Of a stretch of DNA of 45,250 bases, positions 9,209-18,497 are shown piece by piece. A program made the position numbers and the translations under genes. Location: assembly GCA_902836725.1 (NCBI GenBank), contig CADFRV010000001.1, positions 1 to 45,250 on the forward strand, in the 5' to 3' direction. Under the pieces are notes generated by a model. It made no database searches and was not told the origin of the DNA. It saw only the letters and a program-made list of their open reading frames with translations. The stretch's first letter is position 1. Each line of letters begins with the position of its first letter. The DNA is from Muribaculaceae bacterium (GTDB lineage: Bacteria; Bacteroidota; Bacteroidia; Bacteroidales; Muribaculaceae).

Positions 9209-10441
9209 TCAGGCAGGACGGTATATGAGTGTATTGACACGTGACGGGGCGAAGAGTTCGCGGGCGGCGGCGGAGATTGAGGCGGGGGTATGTGCTCGGT
9301 ACGGGAGTATGAAAGCGTCGGGGTGCTCCCCGTGCATCTCGGCCATGGCGATGGTGGCAGCCACGGACAGGCAGTTGAGATTGGAGAAAGTGCGGTTGCT
9401 CTCAAGGAGGTTTACGCAGCGTCGCAGTTCGCGGGGCGAGGGTTCCTCTTCCCAGAGCAGGGCGAGCTCGTGCATTATGGCGTCGATAGCACGCTGCTCG
9501 GCCTCCTCACCCTTGCCTGTGAGTTTTGCCGAGATCAGGAACAGGCCCGGTTCTTCCGATCCCATTATGCTGGCGTCAAGCTCGGTGAACATCCCTGTGC
9601 CAAGCAGCAGGCGGCGGTAGAAGCGCGACGACATGCCGTTGCTGAGTATGTCGCTTATGGTGTCGGCCTCGTAATATCCCTGCGTGCCGTATCTGTCCAT
9701 CGGGAATGCCATGCGGATGGCCGTCTGTGGCACATCTCCTTTCATCAGGTGGGTGCGCGGGGAGGTCTGGAGCGGTTCCGGGGCATAATCGCGCGGGGCG
9801 ATTTCACGTGACGGAATCGTGGAGTAATAGTATTCCACAAGCCTCACCGCCTCCTCGAAATCCACGTTGCCGCAGATGGCGAGCACCGCATTGTTTGGAG
9901 CGTAGTGTGAGTGGAACCATTGCCGCACATCATCCTGTGTGACTTTCGCTATATGCGAGAAATCCTTGCCTATCACGGGGGTGCGGTAGGGGTGGACGGT
10001 GTATGCCAGAGCACGGAAAGCATGCTCCATATCGCCGTAGGGGCGGTTGAGGCATACCTGTTTGAACTCTTCGGTCACCACACTGCGCTGCACCTCGAGC
10101 GCATGGTCGGAGAAGGCGAGCCGGAGCATGCGGTCGCTCTCGAGCCACAGGGCGGTGGAAAGGTTCACTGCGGGCAGAATGCAGTAGAAATCGGTGAAAT
10201 CAGCCGATGTCCATGCGTTGGAGGTTCCTCCTGCCGCCGAGAGCCTGCCGTCGAAATCGGGGATGTTGACCGATCCTCCGAACATCAGATGCTCGAAGAG
10301 GTGGGCAATCCCGGTGAGGTCGGCTCTCTCGTCGCGTGAGCCGACATTGTAGAGCGTGTTTACCGCCACCATGGTTGTGGAGGTATCCTGCACATGCACC
10401 ATGCGCAGTCCGTTTTCCAGTATGTGGCGGTTGACTTTCAA
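9209..10441 (-). CDS. M16 family (pitrilysin-like) zinc peptidase
   Basis: LENGLR, YNVGSRDE, GIAHLFEHLMFGGS (HXXEH inverzincin motif), NAWTS. TTG start 2 nt after the upstream stop. Confidence 0.92.
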   Translation of the reverse strand: MKVNRHILENGLRMVHVQDTSTTMVAVNTLYNVGSRDERADLTGIAHLFEHLMFGGSVNIPDFDGRLSAAGGTSNAWTSADFTDFYCILPAVNLSTALWLESDRMLRLAFSDHALEVQRSVVTEEFKQVCLNRPYGDMEHAFRALAYTVHPYRTPVIGKDFSHIAKVTQDDVRQWFHSHYAPNNAVLAICGNVDFEEAVRLVEYYYSTIPSREIAPRDYAPEPLQTSPRTHLMKGDVPQTAIRMAFPMDRYGTQGYYEADTISDILSNGMSSRFYRRLLLGTGMFTELDASIMGSEEPGLFLISAKLTGKGEEAEQRAIDAIMHELALLWEEEPSPRELRRCVNLLESNRTFSNLNCLSVAATIAMAEMHGEHPDAFILPYRAHTPASISAAARELFAPSRVNTLIYRPA

Positions 10442-10443
10442 TT

Positions 10444-11334
10444 TTATTTATCCAGTACTTTGGCGGAAAGGATGCGGATATCCGTAACGGGGCGATCGTG
10501 GCCGTCGGTCTCGGCTTTTTCAATCTTGTCGATCACATCCATGCCGCTGACAACCTCGCCGAACACGGTGTACTGGTTGTCGAGATGCGGTGTTCCCCCT
10601 ACCGAGGTATATGCCTCGCGCTGCTGCGGGGTGAGACGCGCCGGATTTTCGGCCGCTTTTTTCTCAGTGATGGCTACCAGTTCTTCCTGCAGTGCGTTCA
10701 GGCCCGCGCTGTCGCGGTTGCGGCGCAGTGCCATTATGGTGTCTCTGTGCTCTTTGGCCAGCTCGTTGAATATCTGCTGTTGCTGCATCATCTGCATCTG
10801 GCGTTCGAGCTGGTTGATGGTGGAGTCGTTGTAGGTTTTGCCGGTCACGATGTAGAACTGCGATCCGGAAGAGCGGCGCTCGGGGTTCATCTGGTCACCC
10901 TGGCGTGCGGCGGCAAGCGCGCCGCGTTTGTGGAAGTGTGCCGGATATACGATTTCGGCGTCGATGTCGTAGCCGGGTCCCCCTGTGCCGAGCATCTTGC
11001 CTGCGGGCGCGTCTTTTGACTCGGGGTCGCCGGTCTGGATCATGAACTTGTCGATGACCCTGTGGAAGAGCACGCCGTCATAAAATCCCTCGCGCACGAG
11101 CTTGAGGAAGTTGTCGCGGTGTTTGGGTGTATCGCCGAAAAGGCGCACTGTGAAGTTGCCTTCTGTGGTGGTGAATTCCACTTCGGCGTCGGATCTGTTG
11201 GCTGTCGCTTCGGTTTCAGTCGGTTTTCCGGTCATTTTCCTGGTTGTTTTGCGGCTTGACAGTGTTATGGCTCCCGCCACGATGATGGCGGTGACAAAAA
11301 ACAGTGCCAGCGGTATGATTTTCTTCCTGTTCAT
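10444..11334 (-). CDS. Cyclophilin-type peptidyl-prolyl cis-trans isomerase
   Basis: TPKHRDNF, FHRVIDKFMIQTGDP, SSGSQFYIV, PHLDNQYTVFGEV. N-terminal membrane anchor and a Gln-rich helical insert. Confidence 0.95.
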   Translation of the reverse strand: MNRKKIIPLALFFVTAIIVAGAITLSSRKTTRKMTGKPTETEATANRSDAEVEFTTTEGNFTVRLFGDTPKHRDNFLKLVREGFYDGVLFHRVIDKFMIQTGDPESKDAPAGKMLGTGGPGYDIDAEIVYPAHFHKRGALAAARQGDQMNPERRSSGSQFYIVTGKTYNDSTINQLERQMQMMQQQQIFNELAKEHRDTIMALRRNRDSAGLNALQEELVAITEKKAAENPARLTPQQREAYTSVGGTPHLDNQYTVFGEVVSGMDVIDKIEKAETDGHDRPVTDIRILSAKVLDK

Positions 11335-11340
11335 TCTTTT

Positions 11341-11721
11341 TCAGATTGCGCCGGTGGGATACAGGCGCTTGTAGATGCGGCGGAAATTGTTGTCTGTAGC
11401 TGAGAGCTCCCCGGCGCGCGATGCGAAATCAGGGCCATAGAACTGCTCCATGAGCGCTCCCAGATAGCGGTGCTCGCGGTCCTTGTCGATTCCGAGTGCC
11501 ACAAGGCGCTCTATCGGTGCTGCGAATGCTTCGGGATCGATGGCATACAGATATCGTGCGGCAGAGATTACAAATTGCCCTGTGAGGTCCACACGCGCCA
11601 TGTTGTCGATGAGGAAATCCATGTCATCGGCGCAGGTCTCGATGTGGTTGGCGATATATTCGTATGTGGCGAGGCCGTCCTGATCGGCCTCCAGCCTTTT
11701 CTTCAAAGTTTCGTCAATCAT
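11341..11721 (-). CDS. Hypothetical helical protein (126 aa)
   Basis: ATG ORF with host-like codon usage, 6 nt from the next gene, with a TAATTTTG promoter element just upstream. Confidence 0.8.
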   Translation of the reverse strand: MIDETLKKRLEADQDGLATYEYIANHIETCADDMDFLIDNMARVDLTGQFVISAARYLYAIDPEAFAAPIERLVALGIDKDREHRYLGALMEQFYGPDFASRAGELSATDNNFRRIYKRLYPTGAI

Positions 11722-11743
11722 GTCTGCACAATTTTGATTGCTA

Positions 11744-11751
11744 CAAAATTA
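11744..11751 (-). promoter_or_regulatory. -7 promoter element TAATTTTG
   Basis: CAAAATTA on +, 22 nt upstream of ATG 11721. Confidence 0.55.
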
Positions 11752-11800
11752 GCAATTTTTTTACAACTACAGCGCCTGACGCACTTTTTTCAGTGGCCCG

Positions 11801-11998
11801 TCAGTTTTGTTTCAGGATGGTGGCGAGTTCTTCCTCGGTGGCTGTGAGGCGTTTGCGGCATTCGGCTATCAGCTCTGTGGCGCGACGGGTGAGGGCGGCA
11901 AGGCGGTCAATGTCGCATTCATCGCTCTGCATGAGGCGGAGTATCTGCTCGAGTTCGGAGATAGCCTGGTTGTATGTGAGGTCTTTTACTTCTGGCAT
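11801..11998 (-). CDS. xseB: Exodeoxyribonuclease VII small subunit
   Basis: LTYNQAISELEQIL...DIDRL....RA..LI..C...L pattern, directly downstream of xseA. Confidence 0.93.
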   Translation of the reverse strand: MPEVKDLTYNQAISELEQILRLMQSDECDIDRLAALTRRATELIAECRKRLTATEEELATILKQN

Positions 11999-12030
11999 GG
12001 GGTTGTGTTTTTTTTGGGAATCAAAGAGTT

Positions 12031-12057
12031 ATCAGAGGAATCAGAGATATCAGAGGA
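12031..12057 (+). repeat. Armless 9-bp tandem core (ATCAGAGNN x3)
   Basis: ATCAGAGGA ATCAGAGAT ATCAGAGGA in the xseA-xseB spacer, flanked by degenerate units ATCAAAGAGTT and ATCAATAAT. Confidence 0.8.
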
Positions 12058-12076
12058 ATCAATAATATTAGGGGGA

Positions 12077-13393
12077 TCAGGGTCGGGTGTCGCGGATTTC
12101 CTTTACCTCGCTCACTATCTCGCCGCGGGCAAGGATGGTGGTGAGGGTGGCGCCGGAGGGCAGGGCGTTGGCGTCGGTGACGGCCTTCCCGTTGTAGCGG
12201 GTGATGGAATAGCCGCGGGCGAGTGTGGCTGCTGGGGAGAGGGCTGCGATGAGTGTGGCGTTGGCGTCGAGGCGTGCACGCTCACGCTCAATGCGGGTTG
12301 CGGCTGCCGTGGATATGCTGGTTCCCATCATCTGCAGGCGGGTAAACTGCGGCTGGATGCGCCGTGCGCCGATGTTCTGCAGCGTTGCGGCGGCGTCGCG
12401 CATCCTGTTCAGACCACGTTCCACCACTCCTTTTGCCAGTATCGGCAACAGTCCCTCGGCGTGTGCGAGCTGCTCCTTGTTGCCGGAAATGCGTTGCGTG
12501 ACGGTCTGCATTATGCGGTTCCCGATATTCATGAGCCATGTCAGCGCGGCTTCCCCCTGGGTGATGAACCATTCGGCCACGGCGGTGGGGGTTTTAAGGC
12601 GCGTGTTGGCAATGTAGTCGAGGACCGTTATGTCGCGCTCATGGCCGATGCCGATGACTACGGGCAGCGGGAACTGCGCCACGTTGGCGGCAAGATCGTA
12701 GTCCTCGAACGCCTGCAGGTCTGATGTGGCGCCACCGCCGCGTATGATCACCACGCAGTCCCACATATGGCTGTCTGCCGCCACCTGCTCAAGTGCGGCG
12801 ATGATCGACTGTGGTGCCGATACTCCCTGCATCACGGCGGGATACAGCTGTGTGACGAAACGTAGATGCGAGGGGTTGGAGTGCAGCTGGTTCATGAAGT
12901 CGCCATAACCGGCGGCACCGGCAGCCGAAATCACGGCAATGCGTTGCGGTACATCGCACTGCCACTTAAGCTCGCGGTTAAGGTTCAGGATCCCCTCTTT
13001 TTTCAGGCGTTCCAATATCTCGCGCCGGCGCCTCAGGAGGTCTCCCAGGGTGTACTCAGGGTTTACGGCATTCACCACAAGCGAGAAGCCGTAGACGGGG
13101 TGCATCGAGGCGGTGACGCATAGCATCACCTTGAGGCCGCTCGCGAATCGCTGCCCCGTAGCTGCGAAAAATTGCGCGTCAATGCCCGGGTAGAGGTTCG
13201 CCCAGATCACTCCGCGGGCTTTGGCTACCTGGCATCCGCGCTCGTCTTTCTGGAGAAGCTCCATGTAGCAATGGCCACCCCTCACCGCCACATCAGACAG
13301 TTCGGCGGTGATCCATACGTTGCGTGTCTGCGGCTGCTGCACAAGCGATGCTACAAGCCGCGTAAGTTCAAGAAGGGATAATGTGGCGGGCAT
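12077..13393 (-). CDS. xseA: Exodeoxyribonuclease VII large subunit
   Basis: WITAELSD..GHCYMEL OB-fold, RIAVIS..AAGYGDF, IIRGGGA, GIGHERD, KTPTAVA, P..TLARGYSIT. Confidence 0.96.
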   Translation of the reverse strand: MPATLSLLELTRLVASLVQQPQTRNVWITAELSDVAVRGGHCYMELLQKDERGCQVAKARGVIWANLYPGIDAQFFAATGQRFASGLKVMLCVTASMHPVYGFSLVVNAVNPEYTLGDLLRRRREILERLKKEGILNLNRELKWQCDVPQRIAVISAAGAAGYGDFMNQLHSNPSHLRFVTQLYPAVMQGVSAPQSIIAALEQVAADSHMWDCVVIIRGGGATSDLQAFEDYDLAANVAQFPLPVVIGIGHERDITVLDYIANTRLKTPTAVAEWFITQGEAALTWLMNIGNRIMQTVTQRISGNKEQLAHAEGLLPILAKGVVERGLNRMRDAAATLQNIGARRIQPQFTRLQMMGTSISTAAATRIERERARLDANATLIAALSPAATLARGYSITRYNGKAVTDANALPSGATLTTILARGEIVSEVKEIRDTRP

Positions 13394-13402
13394 AGAAAAA
13401 GG

Positions 13403-13548
13403 AGAAGTAAGAAGTAAGAGCGTGAGAAGTCAAGCAATAATGGATTTTTTGCACAAGGGATCAGAGGGATCAGAGGGACCAGAGGAATCAGAGCTATCAG
13501 AGGAATCAGCAAAACTATTTTTGTTTGACTTCTAATGCTCTTGCTTCT
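13403..13548. repeat. Palindromic interspersed element, copy 1 (degenerate arms, 5 x 9-mer core)
   Basis: Left arm AGAAGTAAGAAGTAAGAGCGTGAGAAGTCAAGCAATAATGG. Core ATCAGAGGG ATCAGAGGG ACCAGAGGA ATCAGAGCT ATCAGAGGA ATCAGCAAAA. Right arm CTATTTTTGTTTGACTTCTAATGCTCTTGCTTCT. Confidence 0.88.
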
Positions 13549-14288
13549 AACGTTGCTTCGATTTCGAAGTATATTCCGAAGCACACCATCCGGGAACCGT
13601 CCCAGCGGTAGACGAGGCGTGCCTTGAGGGCGCCGTTGACGAGATCGTTGGCCTCTTTGGGGAGGAAGTCGCCGAGTTTGTTCTCGAGGATCAGTTGCCC
13701 GGTCTCGGGCTTGTAGCTTAAGCGGGCGAGTATGAAGGGCACGGCGTTCTCGAGGTCTTCGCGTTGCACGGCAGTGTCTTTCACCGTCCAGTCGTCAAGG
13801 CCGGGAACTATGAAAACGCCCTCTTTCACCTGCGCCCATCCGGGGTATGTGTAGAACTTGACGTCGCTGTCAGGGACCGGGGTGTTGAGTGTGGTGACAA
13901 CCATTATGATCGTGTCGGATTTCATCGGCAACAGGGAAAGCTCTACCTCCGAAACATCCGAGGTTGACAGTGTGATCTGGCTGTCGGAAGCGGAGATGAT
14001 GCGGCAGTCCCCCTTGAAATTGTTTTTCGAGGGTTTGGGGGAACCGGAGTTGAAATAGTCGGCCATATCCATGCGGGTCATATGGTCGATGGTGGGAAAC
14101 ACCGTCTGCGGCGCGTTGATGAACGCGTCGATTGCCGGATGGCCGGTGTATTTTGTGGCGGTCTCCTCAACCTCGGCGGAGTCCGTGCTCTGGACAGCCT
14201 CAGTGAAATCCGGGATCTCCAGTTGTGTCTGTGCCGGTGCTCCGATGGCGATTGCCGCGCCTATTGCTAAAAATAATTTCCTTAACAC
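13515..14288 (-). CDS. DUF3256 family periplasmic protein (C-terminus runs into the repeat element)
   Basis: GTG start and signal peptide. AFINAP..VFPTID..TRMDMADY, IIMVVTT...PVPDSDVKFY motifs. Confidence 0.8.
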   Translation of the reverse strand: MLRKLFLAIGAAIAIGAPAQTQLEIPDFTEAVQSTDSAEVEETATKYTGHPAIDAFINAPQTVFPTIDHMTRMDMADYFNSGSPKPSKNNFKGDCRIISASDSQITLSTSDVSEVELSLLPMKSDTIIMVVTTLNTPVPDSDVKFYTYPGWAQVKEGVFIVPGLDDWTVKDTAVQREDLENAVPFILARLSYKPETGQLILENKLGDFLPKEANDLVNGALKARLVYRWDGSRMVCFGIYFEIEATLEARALEVKQK

Positions 14289-14315
14289 GTCTCTGATGGT
14301 TTTAGGTTGTCTGTC

Positions 14316-16088
14316 TTATCCCCGTTTCCCTTTCTTGCGGCTGCTGCGCTTGAACCTTTCAAAGGCGTCGTATGCATCCATCGGTTCGTCGGGGTGTTTC
14401 GCATCCTTGCTGCGTCGGTTGGATGCCTTGGCGTAGTCCTTGTCGGGCTGCGCTATCTCGGCATAAATGCGTTTGCCCATGAAGTCGGCCCCTTTGAGTG
14501 CCGCCACCACTCTTCGTGCGTCAGATTTCTTTACGTCGAAGAGTGAGTAGGAGGGCATGAGGTCGATGCGGCCCACATCCACGCGGTGTCCCCCCACGAA
14601 GGTGTTGAGCATGTCGATGAGGTTGCCGGCATAGAATCCGTCGCGTTTTCCGGCGCTGATATACACACGCTCCATTCCTCTGGCAGCGGTGCGTCGGTCC
14701 TTGTCGGTGTTGTCGTCGTCGCCGCGGCGCGATTTTTTCTCCTTCTCCTTCTTGGGCTTCTCGTCGATGAAGTCGATCTTGGGAGCGTCTTTGTAGTAGT
14801 CAAGCAGGCGGTTGAACTCGAGGGAGAGCACACGTTTCACCAGATCCTCCTCCGACAGCCATCCGAGTTTCTTCATCACGGCGGGGAGGTATTTGGCCAT
14901 CTCTTCGTCGTTGACCTCCACCCGCTCTATGCGGTCGGCCAGTGAGAAGAGCTGCTTCTCGATAATGTGTTCAGGTGTGGGCACCTCCTTGCGTTCGAAA
15001 GTCTTGCCGATGGTGCGCTCTATCTCGCGGAGTTTCCCTTTCTCACGGGAGTGTATTATGGCGATGGAGACACCGGTCTTTCCGGCACGTCCGGTTCGTC
15101 CCGAGCGGTGGGTATATACGGCGGCATCGTCGGGCAGTCCGTAGTTTATCACATGTGTGAGATCGTTCACATCCAGACCCCTTGCCGCCACATCGGTGGC
15201 CACGAGGAGGGTGATCACACGGTCGCGGAACTTTTTCATCACGATGTCGCGCTGCTGCTGCGAGAGATCTCCGTGCAGCGCGTCGGCGTTGTATCCGTCA
15301 TGTATGAGGTTGTCGGCCACCTCCTGTGTGTCGCGTCTGGTGCGGCAGAAGATGATGGCGTATATGTTGGGGCTGTTGTCGGCTATGCGTTTGAGGGCGA
15401 GGTATTTGTCGCGTGCGTTGACCATATAGTAGATATGCCGCACGTTTGCCGCCCCTTCGTTGCGGGTGCCGATGACGAACTCCACAGGATCGTGCATGTA
15501 GTTTTTCGCGATCTTGGCTATCTCCGGGGGCATGGTAGCCGAGAAAAGCAGCATCTTGCGCTCTTCCGGCACATTGGCGAGTATGTCGTTGATGGAGTCG
15601 AGGAAGCCCATGTTGAGCATCTCGTCGGCTTCGTCGAGGATCACAGTGTGCACCTTCCCGAGTTTCACCACTCCCCGGTTGATGAGGTCGAGGAGGCGTC
15701 CCGGTGTGGCCACGATTATCTGCACACCTTTCTTGAGGGAGCGTATCTGGCTCTCGATGCTTGATCCTCCGTAGACCGGGAGCACCTCAAGGCCGGGTAT
15801 ATATTTGGAAAAGTCGGCGAGGTCTGATGCGATCTGCAGGCAAAGCTCGCGTGTGGGTGACAGGATAAGCGCCTGCGGCTCATGAAGATCCACATTTATG
15901 CGCTGGATCACAGGAAGGCCGAAAGCGGCAGTCTTGCCGGTGCCGGTCTGTGCCAGTGCGACAACGTCTCCCTCCTGCTCGAGCAGGTGGGGGATCACTT
16001 TCTCCTGTACCGGCATGGGGTTCTCAAATCCAAGTTCGGCGATGGCGCGCCTGAGAGGTTCGTTGACCCCTAATTCTTCAAATGTCAT
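14316..16088 (-). CDS. deaD: DEAD-box RNA helicase (DeaD/CsdA-like with DbpA-type RNA-binding domain)
   Basis: Q motif, AQTGTGKT, PTREL, TPGR, DEAD, SAT, ARGLD, HRSGRTGRAG and a C-terminal GKRDG..G.ID domain. Confidence 0.93.
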   Translation of the reverse strand: MTFEELGVNEPLRRAIAELGFENPMPVQEKVIPHLLEQEGDVVALAQTGTGKTAAFGLPVIQRINVDLHEPQALILSPTRELCLQIASDLADFSKYIPGLEVLPVYGGSSIESQIRSLKKGVQIIVATPGRLLDLINRGVVKLGKVHTVILDEADEMLNMGFLDSINDILANVPEERKMLLFSATMPPEIAKIAKNYMHDPVEFVIGTRNEGAANVRHIYYMVNARDKYLALKRIADNSPNIYAIIFCRTRRDTQEVADNLIHDGYNADALHGDLSQQQRDIVMKKFRDRVITLLVATDVAARGLDVNDLTHVINYGLPDDAAVYTHRSGRTGRAGKTGVSIAIIHSREKGKLREIERTIGKTFERKEVPTPEHIIEKQLFSLADRIERVEVNDEEMAKYLPAVMKKLGWLSEEDLVKRVLSLEFNRLLDYYKDAPKIDFIDEKPKKEKEKKSRRGDDDNTDKDRRTAARGMERVYISAGKRDGFYAGNLIDMLNTFVGGHRVDVGRIDLMPSYSLFDVKKSDARRVVAALKGADFMGKRIYAEIAQPDKDYAKASNRRSKDAKHPDEPMDAYDAFERFKRSSRKKGKRG

Positions 16089-16132
16089 AAAACTATATAA
16101 AAGATTAATCCGGAAACTCCGGTTTTAACTGA

Positions 16133-16140
16133 CAAAGCTA
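16133..16140 (-). promoter_or_regulatory. -7 promoter element TAGCTTTG for the helicase
   Basis: CAAAGCTA on +, 44 nt upstream of ATG 16088. Confidence 0.55.
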
Positions 16141-16260
16141 CTAATAAAAATCCTATCCGGCCCCCTTTGGTTCATGCTATTTTCAAATATTTAGTTAATT
16201 TAAGGTAAACCGCAGCGGTTTGCCTCACCTTTCCTCCGCCGGGAATGAACAATAACCGTT

Positions 16261-16291
16261 TTTGGGGTTTAGATAAATTTGAGTAAATTTG
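16261..16291 (+). promoter_or_regulatory. Canonical Bacteroidetes promoter TTTG-N19-TAAATTTG
   Basis: TTTG at 16261-16264 and TAAATTTG at 16284-16291 (second copy at 16274-16281), upstream of the HAD gene. Confidence 0.7.
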
Positions 16292-16383
16292 TAAGCATAT
16301 AAGTACGTCATGAAAATTATTAGGCATAAAAAATATAAAATAATTTCCACGACTTACTTAGGTAGTTTCAAAATATGGCCTGA

Positions 16384-17271
16384 ATGGATATAAGACATAC
16401 AGACAAGAAAGGAAAGAGAACGCTCTACGTGACCGATCTCGACGGCACGCTGCTCAACGCCGAGAGCCGTGTAAGCGGGCATACGGCGGAAATACTAAAC
16501 TCACTGGTGGAGCGGGGCGTGATGTTCACTCCCGCTACGGCACGCACTCCCGCTACGGTGCAGCCCCTTCTGAGCGGCATACGCCAGTCGGTATATACCG
16601 GAGCGGCGGGGGAGGTGCATCCTCTTCCTGCGATTGTGATGACAGGCGCAGGGGAGTGGAACCGGGAGAGCCGCACTTTCGAGAGCTGCATCACCATCCC
16701 GGAGGTGGATGCCCTGAAGATACGCGACGTGTTTGCGGCCGACGGCCTCAATCCGTTCGTGTACTGCCTCAGCGGAAACAGTTTCCTCAATGTCTATCAT
16801 CCGGCGGCGATGACCTCGCGCGAGAACGGTTTCTATCAGGAGCGGCGCCATCTCGAACTCAAGCGGTTCCACCTCGACCAGCAGCCGTCGCGGTGGGACA
16901 GTGTGGCACTCTTCTTCGCCATCGGCCCGGTGAAGATGGTGGAACATCTTGTGGCGGAACTCAGCGGCGCCACCTCATGCGCCGCCGCATGGTACCCCGA
17001 TGTGTTCATCCCCGAAACAGGCCTTATCGACATTTATGCCCCGGGGGTATCGAAGGCGTCGGCCGTGCGTGCGATGGCACGGAAAGTGGGGGCTGACGAG
17101 GTTGTGGTTTTCGGCGACAATCTCAACGACCTGCCGATGATGGCGGTGGCCGATGTGGCGGTGGCGGTGGAGAACGCCCTTCCCGAGGTGAAGGCGAAAG
17201 CCGATGTGGTCATAGGCCGCAATACCGAGGATGCCGTGGCGCGATGGATTGAACAACGCGAAAAGGACTGA
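16384..17271 (+). CDS. Cof-type HAD-superfamily hydrolase
   Basis: Motif I DLDGTLL, motif II ATAR, GVSKA, motif IV FGDNLNDLPM, AVENA. Confidence 0.93.
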   Translation: MDIRHTDKKGKRTLYVTDLDGTLLNAESRVSGHTAEILNSLVERGVMFTPATARTPATVQPLLSGIRQSVYTGAAGEVHPLPAIVMTGAGEWNRESRTFESCITIPEVDALKIRDVFAADGLNPFVYCLSGNSFLNVYHPAAMTSRENGFYQERRHLELKRFHLDQQPSRWDSVALFFAIGPVKMVEHLVAELSGATSCAAAWYPDVFIPETGLIDIYAPGVSKASAVRAMARKVGADEVVVFGDNLNDLPMMAVADVAVAVENALPEVKAKADVVIGRNTEDAVARWIEQREKD

Positions 17272-17275
17272 ACAG

Positions 17276-18478
17276 ATGAATATATACGAGATAAGGCGTT
17301 TCGGTCTGGCGGCGTTCCTGATAGTGTCTGTGGCTCTGGTGGCGTTTTTTATTTATGTCTCCAACAGTCTTGTAAACGATCTTGCCGTGCAGGAGCGCGA
17401 GCGTATGCAGATATGGGCCGACGCCACCAAACAGATTGCCGACTTAGGGCAGAACGACGATGCCTCCGCGGCCGAAAACATAGACTTCCTTTTTTCCATA
17501 ATAGAGAGGAACCACACCATACCGGTGCTGCTGACCGATGACGAGGGGCACATACTGCTCCACCGCAATTTCGATCTTCCCGAGGAGGTGGATTCCCTTG
17601 CCCCATACTTCCTGTCGGATGCCAACGAGGCGTTTCTGAGGCGTCAGCTCGAGACATTGCGCCATAGCGCCAATGTGATCCACATCATCATATCGCCCGA
17701 CAATCTGCAGCATCTCTATTACGACGATTCAAAGCTGCTTAAACGGCTGAGTTACTATCCGTATGTGCAGCTCGGCATTATGCTTGCCTTTATTTTTGTG
17801 GTATATTATGCCGTGAACTCCACAAGGCGTGCAGAACAGAACAAAGTGTGGGTGGGTCTTTCAAAGGAGACCGCCCATCAGCTCGGCACCCCCATCAGTT
17901 CCCTCATGGCATGGATGGAACTGCTGCAGGCGATGGGGGTAGACGAGGAGACGGTGCGTGAGATGAACAAGGATGTGAACCGCCTGAGCCCCATAGCGAG
18001 CCGTTTTTCAAAAATCGGATCGCGCCCGCAGATGGATGTCGAGAACCTGAATCCGGTGATAGGGCATGCGGCGTCGTATATGGGTACCCGCATATCATCG
18101 CGGATAGAGCTTTCGGTGTGCCTCTGCGATGAGGAACTGCCTGTGCGTCTGAGCGCCCCGCTTTTTGAGTGGGTGATGGAAAACCTCATGAAGAATGCTG
18201 TGGATGCGATGGAAGGTTCCGGTAAAATTACCATCGAGACACTGCGTGAGGGGAAACGGGCGGTGATAAATGTCACCGACACCGGCCGCGGTATCCCCCG
18301 GAAGAACCAGAAGACGGTATTCAACCCCGGCTACACCACGAAAAAACGCGGATGGGGTCTCGGCCTCACTCTTGCCAAGCGCATCATAGAGCAATACCAC
18401 ATGGGCAAGATTTTCGTAAGCTGGAGCGAGCCTGGGGAAGGAACGAAATTCACCATTACCCTGCCGCTGGCAGAATAA
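17276..18478 (+). CDS. Membrane sensor histidine kinase (orphan)
   Basis: Start taken at ATG 17276. Two TM segments, H-box ETAHQLGTP, N-box ENLMKNAVDAM, DTGRG, FNPGYTTK, GWGLGL. Confidence 0.93.
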   Translation: MNIYEIRRFGLAAFLIVSVALVAFFIYVSNSLVNDLAVQERERMQIWADATKQIADLGQNDDASAAENIDFLFSIIERNHTIPVLLTDDEGHILLHRNFDLPEEVDSLAPYFLSDANEAFLRRQLETLRHSANVIHIIISPDNLQHLYYDDSKLLKRLSYYPYVQLGIMLAFIFVVYYAVNSTRRAEQNKVWVGLSKETAHQLGTPISSLMAWMELLQAMGVDEETVREMNKDVNRLSPIASRFSKIGSRPQMDVENLNPVIGHAASYMGTRISSRIELSVCLCDEELPVRLSAPLFEWVMENLMKNAVDAMEGSGKITIETLREGKRAVINVTDTGRGIPRKNQKTVFNPGYTTKKRGWGLGLTLAKRIIEQYHMGKIFVSWSEPGEGTKFTITLPLAE

Positions 18479-18497
18479 TGGTGAATTTAAGAGCATT

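Noticed and set aside
13308..13584. Short ORFs reading SEGSEGPEESE / LIPLIALIPL across the repeat cores (also at 18095-18604 and 27833-28027)
   Set aside because: They arise because a 9-nt period keeps frames open. They have no consistent start or stop between copies and overlap real genes.
17276..18478. Orphan histidine kinase as a novel signalling system
   Set aside because: From memory, this ETAHQLGTP kinase type is widespread and commonly orphan in Bacteroidetes. Nothing locally unusual.
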